Notes under the pieces: generated by a model | The model's input: the letters and a program-made list of their open reading frames with translations, nothing else | Database searches by the model: none | What the model was told of the DNA's origin: nothing | Assembly (NCBI RefSeq): GCF_006345805.1 | Contig: NC_043001.1 | Location: 75,888,001 to 75,952,000 of the forward strand | Direction of reading: 5' to 3' | Length of the DNA stretch: 64,000 nt | Source: Octopus sinensis | Taxonomy: Eukaryota | Made by a program: the position numbers and the translations under genes | Part shown: positions 34,017 through 47,559 of the stretch, one piece after another | Numbering within the stretch: position 1 is the first letter of the stretch | How the letters are laid out: every line of letters begins with the position of its first letter

Positions 34017-36038
34017 TATTTCATTATATTTGCCATAAAGGCAGTACATACAGTGTAGTTTTGCGGGCTGGAGAAGAACATCAATGAAGGGAATGATAAT
34101 GAAACGAAGATGATAAGGATGGGAGAAGACAAAATGCGCCCGCCGACTTTTGCTTCTTTAAGACATTGTTCTTCAGAAAAATACAACATAAGGTATTAAA
34201 CCTCTTACAATAGTTTTTACAATTTAAAACACAAAATTGAGGCAATAAACCCCTTACAACAGTTTTTACAATTTAAAACACATAGTTGAGGCAATTAAGT
34301 TCCTTCCTCCCTGACCAGGCTATACGCTTCCCTTAGGCAATACTCCAGCTCCAGGTCGGGGCCCCGGAAGGTGTATCTGTACATGTCCTTCGAGAAGCTG
34401 TCCATCGCCCTGACCATGTCGACATCCGATATGACCTTCGTAGTCACCTGCGAAGGCCAATCCTCTCCTCTGTCCAGGGCATGGGCTCCTCCCTCCGGTC
34501 ATCCAACTTATCTATGTAGCTCTGTATTGCCCCTCCCTTATTGAAGAAGATGACAAAATCATATCTCCTTGAAGGGACCTCAGTTTCCTCTGTCGGTGGC
34601 ACACTTCCCGCCAACAAAGTTTCCGGGTATGGTATGCCGACAGTTCACCATCAACCGCCGGCGATGTCCCATTCTTTTTCTTTCTCCTTTACGACGGGAG
34701 GGTGGAGTTCCTGCTTCATGTCCGGAAGTCCTTCCTCCCCTCCCGCCGCCTCAGGATCCATAGGTGGGCAACCTTTGTTGCCCACCTTCTTTCTTATTTC
34801 CTTTCTTTTTCGAGGGGGTTGCCACCTCCTCGACTTCCTCCCTCTCTCCCGCCAATGGGGGAGCAGGGGGCTCTTCTTCAGTTAACTGCTCCGGGACCTT
34901 TGCTTGGTCTCGGCGACAGTTTTTCTTCATGTAGCCCAATTCCAGGCAGAGGTGACACTTTGGGAGCGGTCGTCCCTCAAGTATCACCGGGTACTTGGAA
35001 TCGGTCATTGTTAAAAAATCTGGCAAAACCAGATCATCGGCTTATTGGGAGAATTCTGACATTCAGTCGCAAGGAGAAAATCTGACATTCAAGAGCTTGG
35101 CAGTGCTGCCACACAGACCCCGACGGATAGTGTCTTCTATCCATTCGGGCTCTATACCGGGTGGCATCCCCCACACCCAAGATCTTGTCAGTATCCTCCT
35201 TTCATAAGTGGGGAGAAACAAAATTTTCTCCCCTTCTAATGGTCTGCTCGCGAAATCCCGAGCCTTCGCAGGGATGTCAAACAACACATACACTGTCGCA
35301 TATTTAACACCCCTTTGGATAAACTTGATCGTTGGCAGGTACTCCGCCAACACTTGTTCAATGTCTGTCTGTGAGAACACAGGGATGGTGTCAAGAACCT
35401 TAGAATAGGTTCTTAACACCACCCTTCTCTCAGAAAAATTTTACAACCACTGTTTGGGGGCCAATATTTGCCACTCTAAAACAGTATTTTTTGTTGCTAT
35501 ATTCACGAAAAATAGATAAAATGTAAAACGTTCAACACAAAAGTTCAAAAATTCAAATTAAAGTCAATAATAAACAGACAAAAAATGGAAAGACAGGGGA
35601 GAGAAACAGAACGAAGGAAGACAGTTTAAATGGCAACACAATTCTGCTACTCAGGTAATCAATAGTGTTCCGTCGCAGCACAAAATTATGTGAGACACAA
35701 AAAACAGTAATTTTCCTGGCTGTCCCAGTACTCCATAGTCAGAAATACCAGTCAAAAAATAGCAGTTAAAATAACACAATGTTCAAGAGGGATACGCCTC
35801 CCAAAACACACTTCTCACAACTAAGTGAGACTTTAAGCACGACCACTGGCAGACAAATGCATGGAACCCAGTGGCGACCTCTTGTTCGACAAAAAATAAA
35901 TAATACGAGCAACAGACCCCACTGGGTCCCAAAAATCAGACGTCTTACCTAGTAGTCGTGCTTCACTATTTCACGACGCTGACACACACCGACGTGACTT
36001 CCACCGCGACAAAAAGAACGCGTCCACACTGTACTGAA
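34017..36038 (-). mobile_element. Complete 2022-bp ORF1-only retroelement (L1/Tx1-type gag-like), no RT, 15-bp TSD (copy 2)
   Basis: TSD gtaagcaagctactt at 34002-34016 and 36039-36053; 5' end TTCAGT; 3' end ...gaAATAAA; 49-bp tandem repeat in the 3' UTR (34201-34298). Confidence 0.88.
34295..35500 (-). pseudogene. Decayed ORF1p-like protein (~400 codons): RRM-like N-terminus, zinc-knuckle variant, acidic/basic linker, C-terminal domain
   Basis: Start decayed to ATA at 35500; VLAEYLPTIKFIQRGVKYATVYVLF; SWVWGMPPGIEPEWIEDTI; CHLCLELGYMKKNC at 34916-34957; ends REAYSLVREEGT* at 34295. Confidence 0.75.
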
Positions 36039-36070
36039 GTAAGCAAGCTACTTACCACACAGCCACTCCT

Positions 36071-36147
<77 letters not shown>

Positions 36148-36939
36148 CATACATACATGCATAAGTCCGTCATGTATATACATGTATGTATCTCTATGTA
36201 TGTGTGTGTGTGAGTCACTACCTGCAACCGCTCTCTTACGTTCCTGTAACTTAGCATTTCGGAGAAAGGACCGATAGAGTAACACACTTTAAAAACAAAT
36301 TTTGAGGTCGATTTGTTCGAATAAAACCATTCATTGCGGTGCACCATCATAACGGTACTTTAATGACTGAAACAAGTAATAGTTACACATTAATAGTTAC
36401 ACTCGTTCTTAAAGAAACGAGTCATTGTTTTACTATCTGAAATAAATAAAATATATTATATTATATAATACTTAGTGATATTGTTATGACTAACTTTGTT
36501 TCGTAACTTCTGCTGATATAAACACATGTATATATATGGGTGTAATGAGATATTTGGGTGAGATATGTTGCGTCAAATATTGCACACATACACCTCCTAT
36601 ACACTCACACACACACACAGTCGTACATACATACATGCACATATACTTACATTCATATACACATATATTCATATATACATATGGATATAGATATATACAG
36701 ATATAAATATTGGTATGGTGACGCAAACAGGACTAGAACTCAAAACAATAAGTATAAGTATATTTTTATGAATATTCAGCAGTAGTAACAGAGTGACTCA
36801 AGGGTGTATATAAGTATATAGATTCACAGTGATGACTACACACGCACACATACACACACACACACGCATATAAATATAAATATATAAATACAGATATGTA
36901 TATATATATATCTATGTATACACATATATATAAATATAA

Positions 36940-36959
36940 ATATATATACATAAAAATAT

Positions 36960-36992
<33 letters not shown>

Positions 36993-37001
36993 CATGTATA
37001 A

Positions 37002-37036
<35 letters not shown>

Positions 37037-37931
37037 GGTTGGACTAAATTTGACAGTTTGTATAAAAGGAAAACAATACAAAAATATAAAATCGGTTTGC
37101 TCAAAGGAGCCGCCCTCAGCTTTTACCACCGCCTCAAGACAGCTCCGGAACCAGACGCTGGCATTCATCACTACTGCGTCCCTGAGAAAATCTTTGAAAA
37201 CCTCCTTCATCTCGGCCACAAGCTCGTCCTTCATGCTGCAGACAGAACAATATATTATTTCTCAATAGCGCCCCACGCGTAGTAATCCATGGGATTTCAA
37301 CAGGGTTGAAACTGGGGCTGATGAGATCGTAGAAATTCTTTTACAACGTTTTTGTCGCTTTCCGAAGGTATTGACAAGGAGCTGAATTTTGCTGCCACAT
37401 ATGGCCATCCAGCAGCAACCTTCTCCAGCCAGGGTTTTACTTTTGTCTCCAGCAGTTTCACGTAGTCTTTTGAACTGAGCCTAAGGCCCTGTTCAAAGAT
37501 GTAAGGTTGCATGACATCACCTTCACTGGAGACACACCCCAAACCATCACAGTTTGGACGAACTCGGATTTTATGACGTCCATTTCACGGCTTATAGCCT
37601 TTACACTGTTCAGAAAGCATTGAGAAGCAGTTGTGATGGCATTTTGATATCCGGCACGAATTCTCATGATACATGTAATACTTTTCCACAATTCAGATGT
37701 AGTCTATAGGCTCTGCAACACTGTTCACTGTTCACCAATACATCAAGTTGTTCTTAAAAAGAAAGGAGACATTAAAAATGTCAAACTTAACCCGATCAAC
37801 ATGTATGTATGTCTGCGTGTATGTGTGTGTATGTGTGTATGTGTGTGCGTGTGCATGTGTATGCATATACATATATACATACATAAATACACACACACAC
37901 ACCACACACACATATATATATACATGTATAA

Positions 37932-37966
<35 letters not shown>

Positions 37967-38820
37967 GGTTGGACTAAATTTGACAGTTTGTATAAAAGGA
38001 AAACAATACAAAAATATAAAATCGGTTTGCTCAAAGGAGCCGCCCTCAGCTTTTACCACCGCCTCAAGACAGCTCCGGAACCAGACGCTGGCATTCATCA
38101 CTACTGCGTCCCTGAGAAAATCTTTGAAAACCTCCTTCATCTCGGCCACAAGCTCGTCCTTCATGCTGCAGACAGAACAATATATGTATTTCTCAATAGC
38201 GCCCCACGCGTAGTAATCCATGGGATTTCAACAGGGTTGAAACTGGGGCTGATGAGATCGTAGAAATTCTTTTACAAACGTTTTTGTCGCTTTCCGAAGG
38301 TATTGACAAGGAGCTGAATTTTGCTGCCACATATGGCCATCCAGCAGCAACCTTCTCCAGCCAGGGTTTTACTTTTGTCTCCAGCAGTTTCACGTAGTCT
38401 TTTGAACTGAGCCTAAGGCCCTGTTCAAAGATGTAAGGTTGCATGACATCACCTTCACTGGAGACACACCCCAAACCATCACAGTTTGGACGAACTCGGA
38501 TTTTATGACGTCCATTTCACGGCTTATAGCCTTTACACTGTTCAGAAAGCATTGAGAAGCAGTTGTGATGGCATTTTGATATCCGGCACGAATTCTCATG
38601 ATACATGTAATACTTTTCCACAATTCAGATGTAGTCTATAGGCTCTGCAACACTGTTCACTGTTCACCAATACATCAAGTTGTTCTTAAAAAGAAAGGAG
38701 ACATTAAAAATGTCAAACTTAACCCGATCAACATGTATGTATGTCTGCGTGTATGTGTGTGTATGTGTGTATGTGTGTGCGTGTGCATGTGTATGCATAT
38801 ACATATATACATACATAAAT

Positions 38821-38840
<20 letters not shown>
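36940..38840. repeat. Near-identical ~930-bp tandem duplication
   Basis: cagagtggttggactaaa at 37031 and 37961; identical ORFs at 37458 and 38390; microsatellite boundaries. Confidence 0.95.
37031..37803 (-). mobile_element. Internally deleted Tc1/mariner (maT/DD37D-like) element; second copy at 37961-38735
   Basis: VMVWGCVSSEGDVM, PYV(W)QQNSAPC, MDYYAW and FRSCLEAVVKAEGGSFE; degenerate TIRs at both ends. D-D spacing cannot be counted because of deletions. Confidence 0.8.
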
Positions 38841-38883
<43 letters not shown>

Positions 38884-39819
38884 CATCCTCCGAGTTACGG
38901 CTATCTTAGGTTGCAGGATTTTGCGCGCTTTCGGAAATTGAAAAGTATGACCATTAATTTAGAGATACTGTCAGCAATTTCGGAAACTCGTATTGTGTAA
39001 TTTTAAATTGTTATCAATTTAAAAGTGCACATTTTTTTAGCTCATTTAACACTTGCGTTTTAGTTAAGGCCAAACTATATAGTTAACGATTTGAAAAAAA
39101 TTGCATTACGTTACATACATATGCACAGATATGTATAATGTACATAATGTGAATATATGCATGTTTATGTAAATGTTTGTGTATTTATATATGTATATAT
39201 GCGTGTATGAATGTTTGTATGTATGCGTGTGTGTTTCTATCATCAACACCAACACAACCACCAACAGCAACAATAATTCGTATATAGTATGAAGCCAATG
39301 AGCAAATCTATTTCAAATAAAACACATAATATAGTGTCCTAGTGTATTTTAAAAAGTCAATGAAATGTTTTTTATCTGAGGATTGACTTGAGACTAAACA
39401 GTTACAACAATACAATTAGCAAGAACAATATAACCACTACACCACCAACAATTCCCGACAAATATCACAAACATCTAAACCAAGACAACCCATATAATTG
39501 CCACTATCTTGTGGATCCAACTGGCTACAACAGATATCAACATATACGCCAATACAGGTGTGTGTATGAGTGCATGTGTATATGTGTGTTTGTGCGTGTG
39601 TATGTGTATGTGTATTTATGTCTTAATTCATAAGTGCAAGGTAAGAATTGCCTATAAGATATGGTGTCTCTTCCTCAGTCCTTCATCTTATCATCGCATT
39701 TTCGTAATTATTTTCATAGGAATAATTTTCTGTTTTTACAAAGCAAATGTTACCTGTGCCAATTTTTTATTACATTTTTGTCGTGGATAATTAATCGTTG
39801 CTACTGTTGGATTAGCCTT

Positions 39820-41290
39820 CAATTTAAGAAGTCTGGAAAGAAGTTATCAAGTAGAACTCGAGGCAGTAGTGCTAAAAGAAACCGTAAATAGATTACAATG
39901 TATATTAAATTAATGTTTTGAAAAGACTTCATGCACAAGTAAAATTAAGTTTAACAAAACAATTAATCTTACTATGTCTGCAATGGAAACGATCCGTGAC
40001 AGTAGAGAGAAAATTATGTCAAATGCTCCAGAAGTATTTCGGTAACTGACTGGATCTTATGTTTCAATAACTTCTAATGTAATGCTTAAAATGGAACGAC
40101 ATGTATGGAACGAGGATCAGAATCAGTTTAATGTGTCGATAAACATGGTAATATTTCAAAAGAAGAGCCAAAAGTTTATACAACAATTTGCCAAAAAGAG
40201 AAGGTGGAACTTTTGGGCTAGCGAAGGCTGGTGTGAAAGATTTAAGAAGAGCATGAATTTCTACAACTTAAAAATCTCTAGTGAAACTGCGAGCACTGAT
40301 ATAGAGGCTGCTACTTATTCTGAGCAGCTGAAGAAAATGATTGCTGAAGGGTACTTCACACCAGAGCAAGTATGCAATATTGATGAGACAGCTTTTCTGA
40401 AAGAGCATGTCTGCTAGAGCTTTTATATATCCAAATGCCGCTGGCGATATGAAATTAAAGCCCCCACACGTGTATCACTCCGAAAATCTAAGGGCTTTCA
40501 AGGCTCTGCCTCTGATTTTGGTTTTTAAATAAGAAAGCAGGGATGACCAAGAGCTTTCTCAAAGAGTGGTTACAAACACTTATTATCCTGATGTAGAAAG
40601 TTACAGTACCAGACATAATATTTCCTACAAAACATTTCTTGTTTTAGACCATTCACCGAGCCATCCGGCGAACTTATATAGCCATTCTGATAATTGGAGA
40701 GTAGAATATATCCGCAAGAATACAACTTCATTGTTCCAGCCTATGAAGGTGTGATAGCTAACTTCAGAGCATATTATATGAGAAGAACTTTCAAACAACT
40801 TGTGAATACAATTGACAGGTGGGATTCACTATAATGGATGCTGTGGATAATATAACTGAGTCATGGGATGAAGTGTACCCTTTAACTTTGAATAGAGCTT
40901 GAAAAAGTACATGGCTGTGGCATTACAAGTTTTCCTCAAGCAGAAAGTCTACATCAAATTTTAGAAAGATATTGTAACATATACAAAGAGTGTAAGATTT
41001 GAAGACTTTATAGAGGATGATGCAATTGATTTGCTCGTGCCCCAGAGATGAAATCTGTCTAACAAGGAACTGATGCTGTTAGAAAATGTACAAGCTGAGA
41101 ATGCAGATGAGACAACTGAAGTTCTATCTACACCACCTAAACTAACTACAAAAATTATTGCTAAAAGGTTGGCACTTATAGGGACAGGTCTGCAGGGCTT
41201 TTTCTGATGATGATTCTAATTGTAAACAAAACGTAAAAATTACAAGAGGAGTTTACAATGACCTCAGTTCCTATACTGAGATGTACAAAG
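39820..41290 (+). mobile_element. Degenerate Tigger/pogo transposase
   Basis: FWASEGWCERFKK, EGYFTPEQVCNIDET, YHSENLRA, FLVLDHSPSHP and NTTSLFQPM. A possible left TIR remnant lies near 38885. Confidence 0.9.
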
Positions 41291-41500
41291 GGAATACGCA
41301 CCATAAACAACAATCAATTTGCATCAGTTCTTCACCCCTCGACCTGATGTTCGTGATAGCAAATTATAAGATAGTAAATATCGTCCCTCACCCTCCTAGT
41401 AACGCTCATTCCACCAACACACAACCCGGTCCGAGAATCGAACTCACTACTCTACAACTGCGAGCCCGACGCTCTAACCACTGAGACATGCACCTTCATT

Positions 41501-41545
<45 letters not shown>

Positions 41546-41849
41546 TGTGTGTGTGTGTGTATAAGAAAAGAAAATGGTGAAATCGACAAATAGACATCAA
41601 TTTATCAATAGAACCCCAATTACAAATAATCTCAATTCCTTTCAACCTACAACTGTTTCCATACTCAATTCAAATAATAAATTTAAACTAAGATGCATTT
41701 AAATACAGTTAATTGAATATTAATATTAATTCTGTGTAAGTAACATTATGAACAATAATAATACTGAATGCAATTCTATAAAAGACAATAAAAGTAAAAA
41801 TAGTAGAGAAAATAAACATATATATTGTGATTGCAAATTTAAAGATATA

Positions 41850-42150
41850 TGCTTGTTTAAGAATTGTTGCAAGCAAAAAAAAATGTAGTAAAGCGGAATT
41901 TGAGGGTAAAAACTATTTTTACATTGGATCTACGGAGAATTATATTAAAATACAAATCGCCGACCATAAATGCACTTTTAGAAATATAAATAAATCATCT
42001 TATACCAGTCTAAGCAAATTTAGTTAGAACTTAAAGGAGAATTTTAAAAAGTATGACCTAAAGTGGGAAATCATAAGCCATGCTAACTCCTATAAAATTG
42101 GAAACATTCGTTGCGACCAGTGTGGATGAAATTTTTCAAATTTTAACTTC
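41850..42150 (+). mobile_element. Penelope-like GIY-YIG endonuclease remnant
   Basis: YFYIGSTEN...DHKCTF...TSLSKF...LK...KWEII...Y....RCDQC. Confidence 0.75.
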
Positions 42151-42410
42151 TAGACTTCTTATCGGAAAGATGGGGTTGGATTGTCTTGACTGCATGCCTA
42201 CAAATATGTATTCAAAAACTACAGGTAAATTAAAAGTTACAAAAATTATAAATTGATTATCAAATAGATATAAGTTGATATGTTTATAAAAAAATTATAA
42301 TTAAAATGAACAGTAATATTAATGCCAAATTAAATATATACTAATTGGATAATAGATATAATTTCGTAAATATTAATGTATTATTCCTGGAATATCATCT
42401 TTTTGTATTC

Positions 42411-42444
<34 letters not shown>

Positions 42445-42941
42445 GTTGTTGTTGTTGTTGTTGTTATTATTATTATTATTATGATTATTATTATTATTAT
42501 TATTATTATTATAAAAGTTGTATTGAACACAAATCTTGATGACATAAAATGCAGCTATAATATCATACTAAGCGGATTGAATCCGTCATAGTCACCTGAT
42601 ACACGGTAAACAATAACTTTATTTAATTAGTAAATAGAAATATGTGCTTAGTTATTAAAAACAGCAGTTATGACTGAGCAACTTGGATAGTAATTCTTAA
42701 TTAACTAATAAAATTTACCAGCATATCATACTCTCAAAAATAATAATGAGAAATTAGGAATAAATTGGTTAGTTACAGTTGATCTTATCAGTAAGTAATG
42801 TTTATGTAAATCTAAAGGTTAATTTGCTTTTCAAATATATTAACCACGCACACAAATAAGATGAATAAAATAATGATATCAAAAACAACCGTGCATAAGT
42901 AAATGAATATTATATGCTGAGTCTGTCAATGATCAATCAAT

Positions 42942-42989
<48 letters not shown>

Positions 42990-42993
42990 TAAT

Positions 42994-43026
<33 letters not shown>

Positions 43027-43099
43027 TGTTATATTTCGGAATGGTCATATTGCCAGTTTAGCCAATAAAAACACACGCACTATATATTTGGTGGTTATT

Positions 43100-43538
43100 T
43101 TGCTTCAGTGATATTTATTTTTTACATTAACTTAATCTTATTTCGGCCAAAGTTCTTTCGTCACGCTCCTGTGACCGCATCAGTGGGTCCTTTGTTTTCT
43201 TCTCACTTATTTGTGTCTCGCCTTACTAACCGTCAGCCATTTTGTATTTCTATTGTATGTCTTCATTTGCGCATGCTTATATCTCTATGTGCGTCTATGT
43301 TTATTTTAGTGTGTGTGTGGGGGGGATGCCTGTAATATTTGTATCTTCTGTTAATTACATTTTTTGTAATTTGTATTTTGTTTTTGTGTTGTTGCTTTTG
43401 TTCTAATTTTGTTCATGTGTTTACATCCACCCATTATTATCATTACATATGCTTGTATGTATGTATAACAACAATATTAGTAATAATAATAATAAATCTA
43501 ATCGAAAAAAAAATATATATATACACATATTATAATAT

Positions 43539-43571
<33 letters not shown>

Positions 43572-43830
43572 CCTACATAGATATATATACATAATATAGT
43601 TTTCATTTCTATTGTTTATTTATCTGTGTATTTATTATGTTTTCAGGATCCTCTATCGTCATATGTTTGTGGTGTGTGCTATTGCTCCATTCTAGTTTTC
43701 TATTCAGGCTAGGTTTATTTTCTATTATATGTGTAGCTTCTGTAATTTGTCTAATTGTTGCATCTGTTCTATGTGTGGACAATATCTTAATCTCTATGTT
43801 ATTGATTGATCCCCCGTGTTCGGCGTGTGT
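43100..43830 (-). mobile_element. Penelope-like endonuclease C-terminus followed by pLTR with degenerate hammerhead (43147-43186)
   Basis: IEIKILSTHRTDATIRQITEATHIIENKPSLNRKLEW; downstream cca CTGATGC g GTCAC aggagc GTGAC GAAAG aa CTT tgg. Confidence 0.7.
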
Positions 43831-43869
43831 ATGTGTGTGTATGTATGTATATATACATATACATATATA

Positions 43870-44250
43870 TGTAGTTCGTTCAAATAAACGAATAAAAAAA
43901 TGAAAACGTAAGCAAAAAACAAAATGAAAATAAACGAACGTGAAAACGTACACAAGAAATATGTGAGCTTGATGCTGAGTGAATATGTGAGTTTGACGTT
44001 TCGGGCATAGCTCTTCGTCGGAAAGGAGAAAGGGAAAGTCCAAAGATGGAGAAGAAATCGCCAAAGTTGCACACGACTAAATGCTATGCTCGAAACGTCA
44101 AACTCTCTCTTTTCATCGAGCGTCAGGATAATACATGTCTTGTGCACGTCCGCATGTCGTTTGTTTTCGTCTGTTTCGTTCTTTTATTCGTTTATTTGAA
44201 TTGTTTGTTTATTTCCATTGTTTATTTAAATCGACAATTTTCTGCACGCT
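43870..44250. repeat. Inverted pair of hammerhead-remnant units
   Basis: Minus strand CCGACGA a GAGC tat GCCC GAAA CGTC (44026-43991); plus arm gctatgctcgaaacgtcaaactc from about 44085 with mirrored flanks. Confidence 0.7.
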
Positions 44251-44393
44251 CACACGAACCGTTCATGTCCTTCCGGCTATTTTTGAATACCTGATCCATG
44301 AATTTTTTACTCTACACTTGAATTACGTTACCTTTTAATTCACTTGGAGTAAGTCGTTTATGCACATTTGATTCTATGTATATGTATGTATAT

Positions 44394-44464
<71 letters not shown>

Positions 44465-44651
44465 CATACATACATATATATATGTATGTATATTTATATA
44501 CATACATACATATATATATATATATGTATATATGTATATGTATGTATGTATATCTATCTATCTATCTTATATATATATATATATATATATGTAGGTCCCG
44601 GGTTGATCGGGTTAACCTAAATAATGTACTCCAATACATGCAGATAAAATT

Positions 44652-44770
44652 AATTTATTATATAGAAGGAGCTTCTACAGTACTAAACTGTTTCTTCAAG
44701 AGAAATCTATGACTTCCTTAAGATTTCTCTTGAATGAAACAGTATTCCTGTAAAGCTCCTTATAATAAAT
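44652..44770. repeat. Small fold-back (~55-bp arms) with hammerhead remnant
   Basis: ...aactgtttcttcaagagaaatct / agatttctcttgaatGAAACAGTA...; core decayed to CTTAAGA. Confidence 0.65.
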
Positions 44771-44799
44771 TATATATATATAATATAATATCGATATAT

Positions 44800-47110
44800 A
44801 TATATATATATAATGTACATGTTAGAGATAGGTGTTCTCTATATAGAATATACTTCGAAGTGGTGAAGAGATTTGAACTTGAGCCGGTAGATGAGTAAAT
44901 GTAATGACAAGCATGTTGTGCAGGCCGATTTACACAGAATATTAAATACACGGATATAAGATAGTCCGACTTATAGAATATAAATTATATCAGGAGTTAA
45001 ATGGGTAAAGTTTTATGGGTTCAACAGCTGTTTCTGCCGGTTTGCTAGTCCGGAATAATAATAGTTACTTGAATCCATTATCGAGTAACACCGCCTCCGT
45101 CTTCAGGAGAGAATTTTACATTGAAGAATTTCACATTTGAGGTATTGATATGATGGAGTTTAAAGATGCAATGATTCTGTGGAGAATTAAGAGTGTTAGG
45201 AAGGAGAGTTGGTGTGTTTAGAAGAGAGTAGTGAGAGGAGATAATAAATTTGAGGGTTAGGGTTTATAATGAGGTTACTAATAGTAGTAGAAGTGGAAGA
45301 TGGGAAAGGGGACGGGTGGTTTAGGTAGTATGTGAATGATGACCTTTGTGATAGTTTGTATGAAGGCTATAGAGTTAAAGTTTGAGATAGTGAAAAGGGC
45401 CTGTTATTAATTTTGGGGAAATGTGTTGAATGGTTCAGTAGCTAAGGGGGATTAGGTGGTGACCAAAAGTAGTTGTTAGTGGGACAAAGAAATTGGGGTG
45501 GTATTGCAGGAGTGTTGTGGTAAGGGGAGGAGTATGAAGTTGAATAGAGAGGTACGTAAGGAGGGGTAGAGATTGGTTAGTTTTCAAAAAAGTGAGGTTT
45601 TTTTAAGTACTATTTGAGGTTGGGGAGGGTGGAGAGGCTAAGAGGAAAGTGGGAAGTAGTTGATTTGGAGATTAGGAAGAAACTTGAGATGTGTGTATGG
45701 GAAGGAATAAGATGGGGGAATTAGTATTTATTAAGTAGTAGGTTGCAAGGCTGACTTTGTTTTAGATTAAAGCTTTTGGAGTATGGAAGCTTATTATAGG
45801 ATTATATAGATTTAGGGAAGTACGTGAAGGTTGAGTAGTATCTGTCATTACAAGAATAAATAACACCAGAGATCTATTGAGTAATGAGGAGTTGTGAAGG
45901 CGAAGAGTGGTTAATGGTTCTTCTACACATAACTTACATTTACCGATATTTAAATTGTATGGGGGAGCTTCATTTACAATGGACCAGGAAATGGTGTATG
46001 GAATATTTTGCAATTTGAGGTTGTGCAAATGAGGTAGACGCTTTAGAGATTGGATTAGTGAAGGAGTATGCACGGTAGCGGCGCTTGGATGAGTATACAC
46101 GGTTGCGGCGCTTGAAAGACGGTGCACAGTAGCGACGCTTGAGATCTAGACTGCTGCCGATACATACTCTTGCTTGGTGGGAGCGGAGTGTTATAACACG
46201 GCACTTGTAGATCACACTTTTTAGTAGACAGGAGCCAGCAAGAGTGCATAATTTAGATGCGCAACAGTTGCAAGTGTTTCTACCTGCTCCGTGGTTGGGG
46301 TTTACTACTAGTGAGTTAGAGTTTGGTTGGTTTGTTGTTAGTGGAACCTAAAGTGTAATTTGTATTTGTATTGGATTGGGTGGTGGTATTGGAGCCAGTA
46401 TTTGTTGTCGCATAGGTAGGATTGTGAGATGTTGGCTTGAGTTTAATATTATTTAATTGAGGTAGCTTATTAAGGATTGTGTTATTGCTAGTATGTGGGC
46501 TAACTTGTGTGAGAGTTTAGGTGTTTAGAGGACTGGTGTTGGAGTTTACGTTTGTTCGAGGAGGCGATTATGGATCCTAAATTAGGTGTAATGGAGTAGG
46601 AGATTTTCATAGATGATTTGTTGAAGATGGTATAGTATTTATGCTGTGGTGGAAAATTAGATTTTAGAATTTCAAAGAAGAGTTTAGGTAGAGATTTAAC
46701 TTGGAGAGAGAAGGATGGTGCAAACCATAAGATTTAACGCTTCCTGGCCTTAGATTGTTTAGAGTGTATGGCAGTAGTGGGCTGATCAGGAGGAGTTGGG
46801 GCTTGTAGTTGTTATAGGCTCGGGGTGGCCAGTGGTGCGGTCGAGTGCGATGTGTAGGGTTTTTGTATGCGGAGTTGTGTAGGTTTTTTTATGCGGAATT
46901 GTTGGACTGGTGTAGAGTGGAACAAGTGTCCGTAGATTCAGGGTTAGAATTGGTGGGGAGATGTGCTATTTTAGTTTTAAGCTTAGTGTTGGGAATATAA
47001 TAGATTTTTGGAGGGCTTGATTAAAATAAGGGGCGTGAGAGTTAAAAATGTCTTCGTTAGCGGATAAGTTAGAGATTCTGATTGATATGCCTGTGATTAT
47101 GGAAAGGGTG
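44800..47110 (-). mobile_element. Penelope-like element 3' portion (RT C-terminus, linker, GIY-YIG, 3' region)
   Basis: Minus strand: RISNLSANEDIFNSHAPYFNQAL; ILWFAPSFS; FPPQHKYYTIFNKSSMKISYS; GSCLLKSVIYKC; YTISWSIV..APPYN...KCKLC. Confidence 0.85.
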
Positions 47111-47175
47111 TTATAGATATATGTTTAAGTCGAGAATATATTTACGTGAGTGTGTGTTTGTGTGTGTGTATGTGC

Positions 47176-47228
<53 letters not shown>

Positions 47229-47296
47229 AAAGACGAAGACAGATGTATGAACAACAAGTAAGTGTATTAGTTTGACGCTCGGTAAAATGAAAAACT

Positions 47297-47332
47297 CTTT
47301 TACGTTTCAAGCCTACGCTCTTCAACAGAAAG
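47297..47332 (-). ncRNA. Second A6U hammerhead-like motif (same family as 6193-6230)
   Basis: cttt CTGTTGA a GAGC gtag GCTT GAAA CGTA aaag. Confidence 0.55.
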
Positions 47333-47482
47333 GAATAAATGAAAATAAACAGAGAGAGAACGAAAAATGTGTAGATTTAGCGCTCAAGAATGGCGAATGA
47401 TTAGCAAAAAAGTTTTGAAAGAAGTTGAAAGAAAGGGAGATAATAATAAAAAAAAAGTAGCGAATTGAGAACTTGGTGTGGG

Positions 47483-47559
<77 letters not shown>

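Larger units (their letters stand above)
33770..36070 (-). mobile_element. Composite tRNA-SINE split by the 2-kb ORF1-only element
   Basis: Head ggagtggctgtgtggtaagtagcttgcttac (36070-36039) continues as cagccacatagttccgggttcagtccc (34001 downward). Confidence 0.9.

Noticed and set aside
45020-45110. CTGAAGA...GAAACAGCTGTT on the minus strand in the Penelope 3' region
   Set aside because: No convincing stem I or closed stem II; at most a decayed hammerhead.
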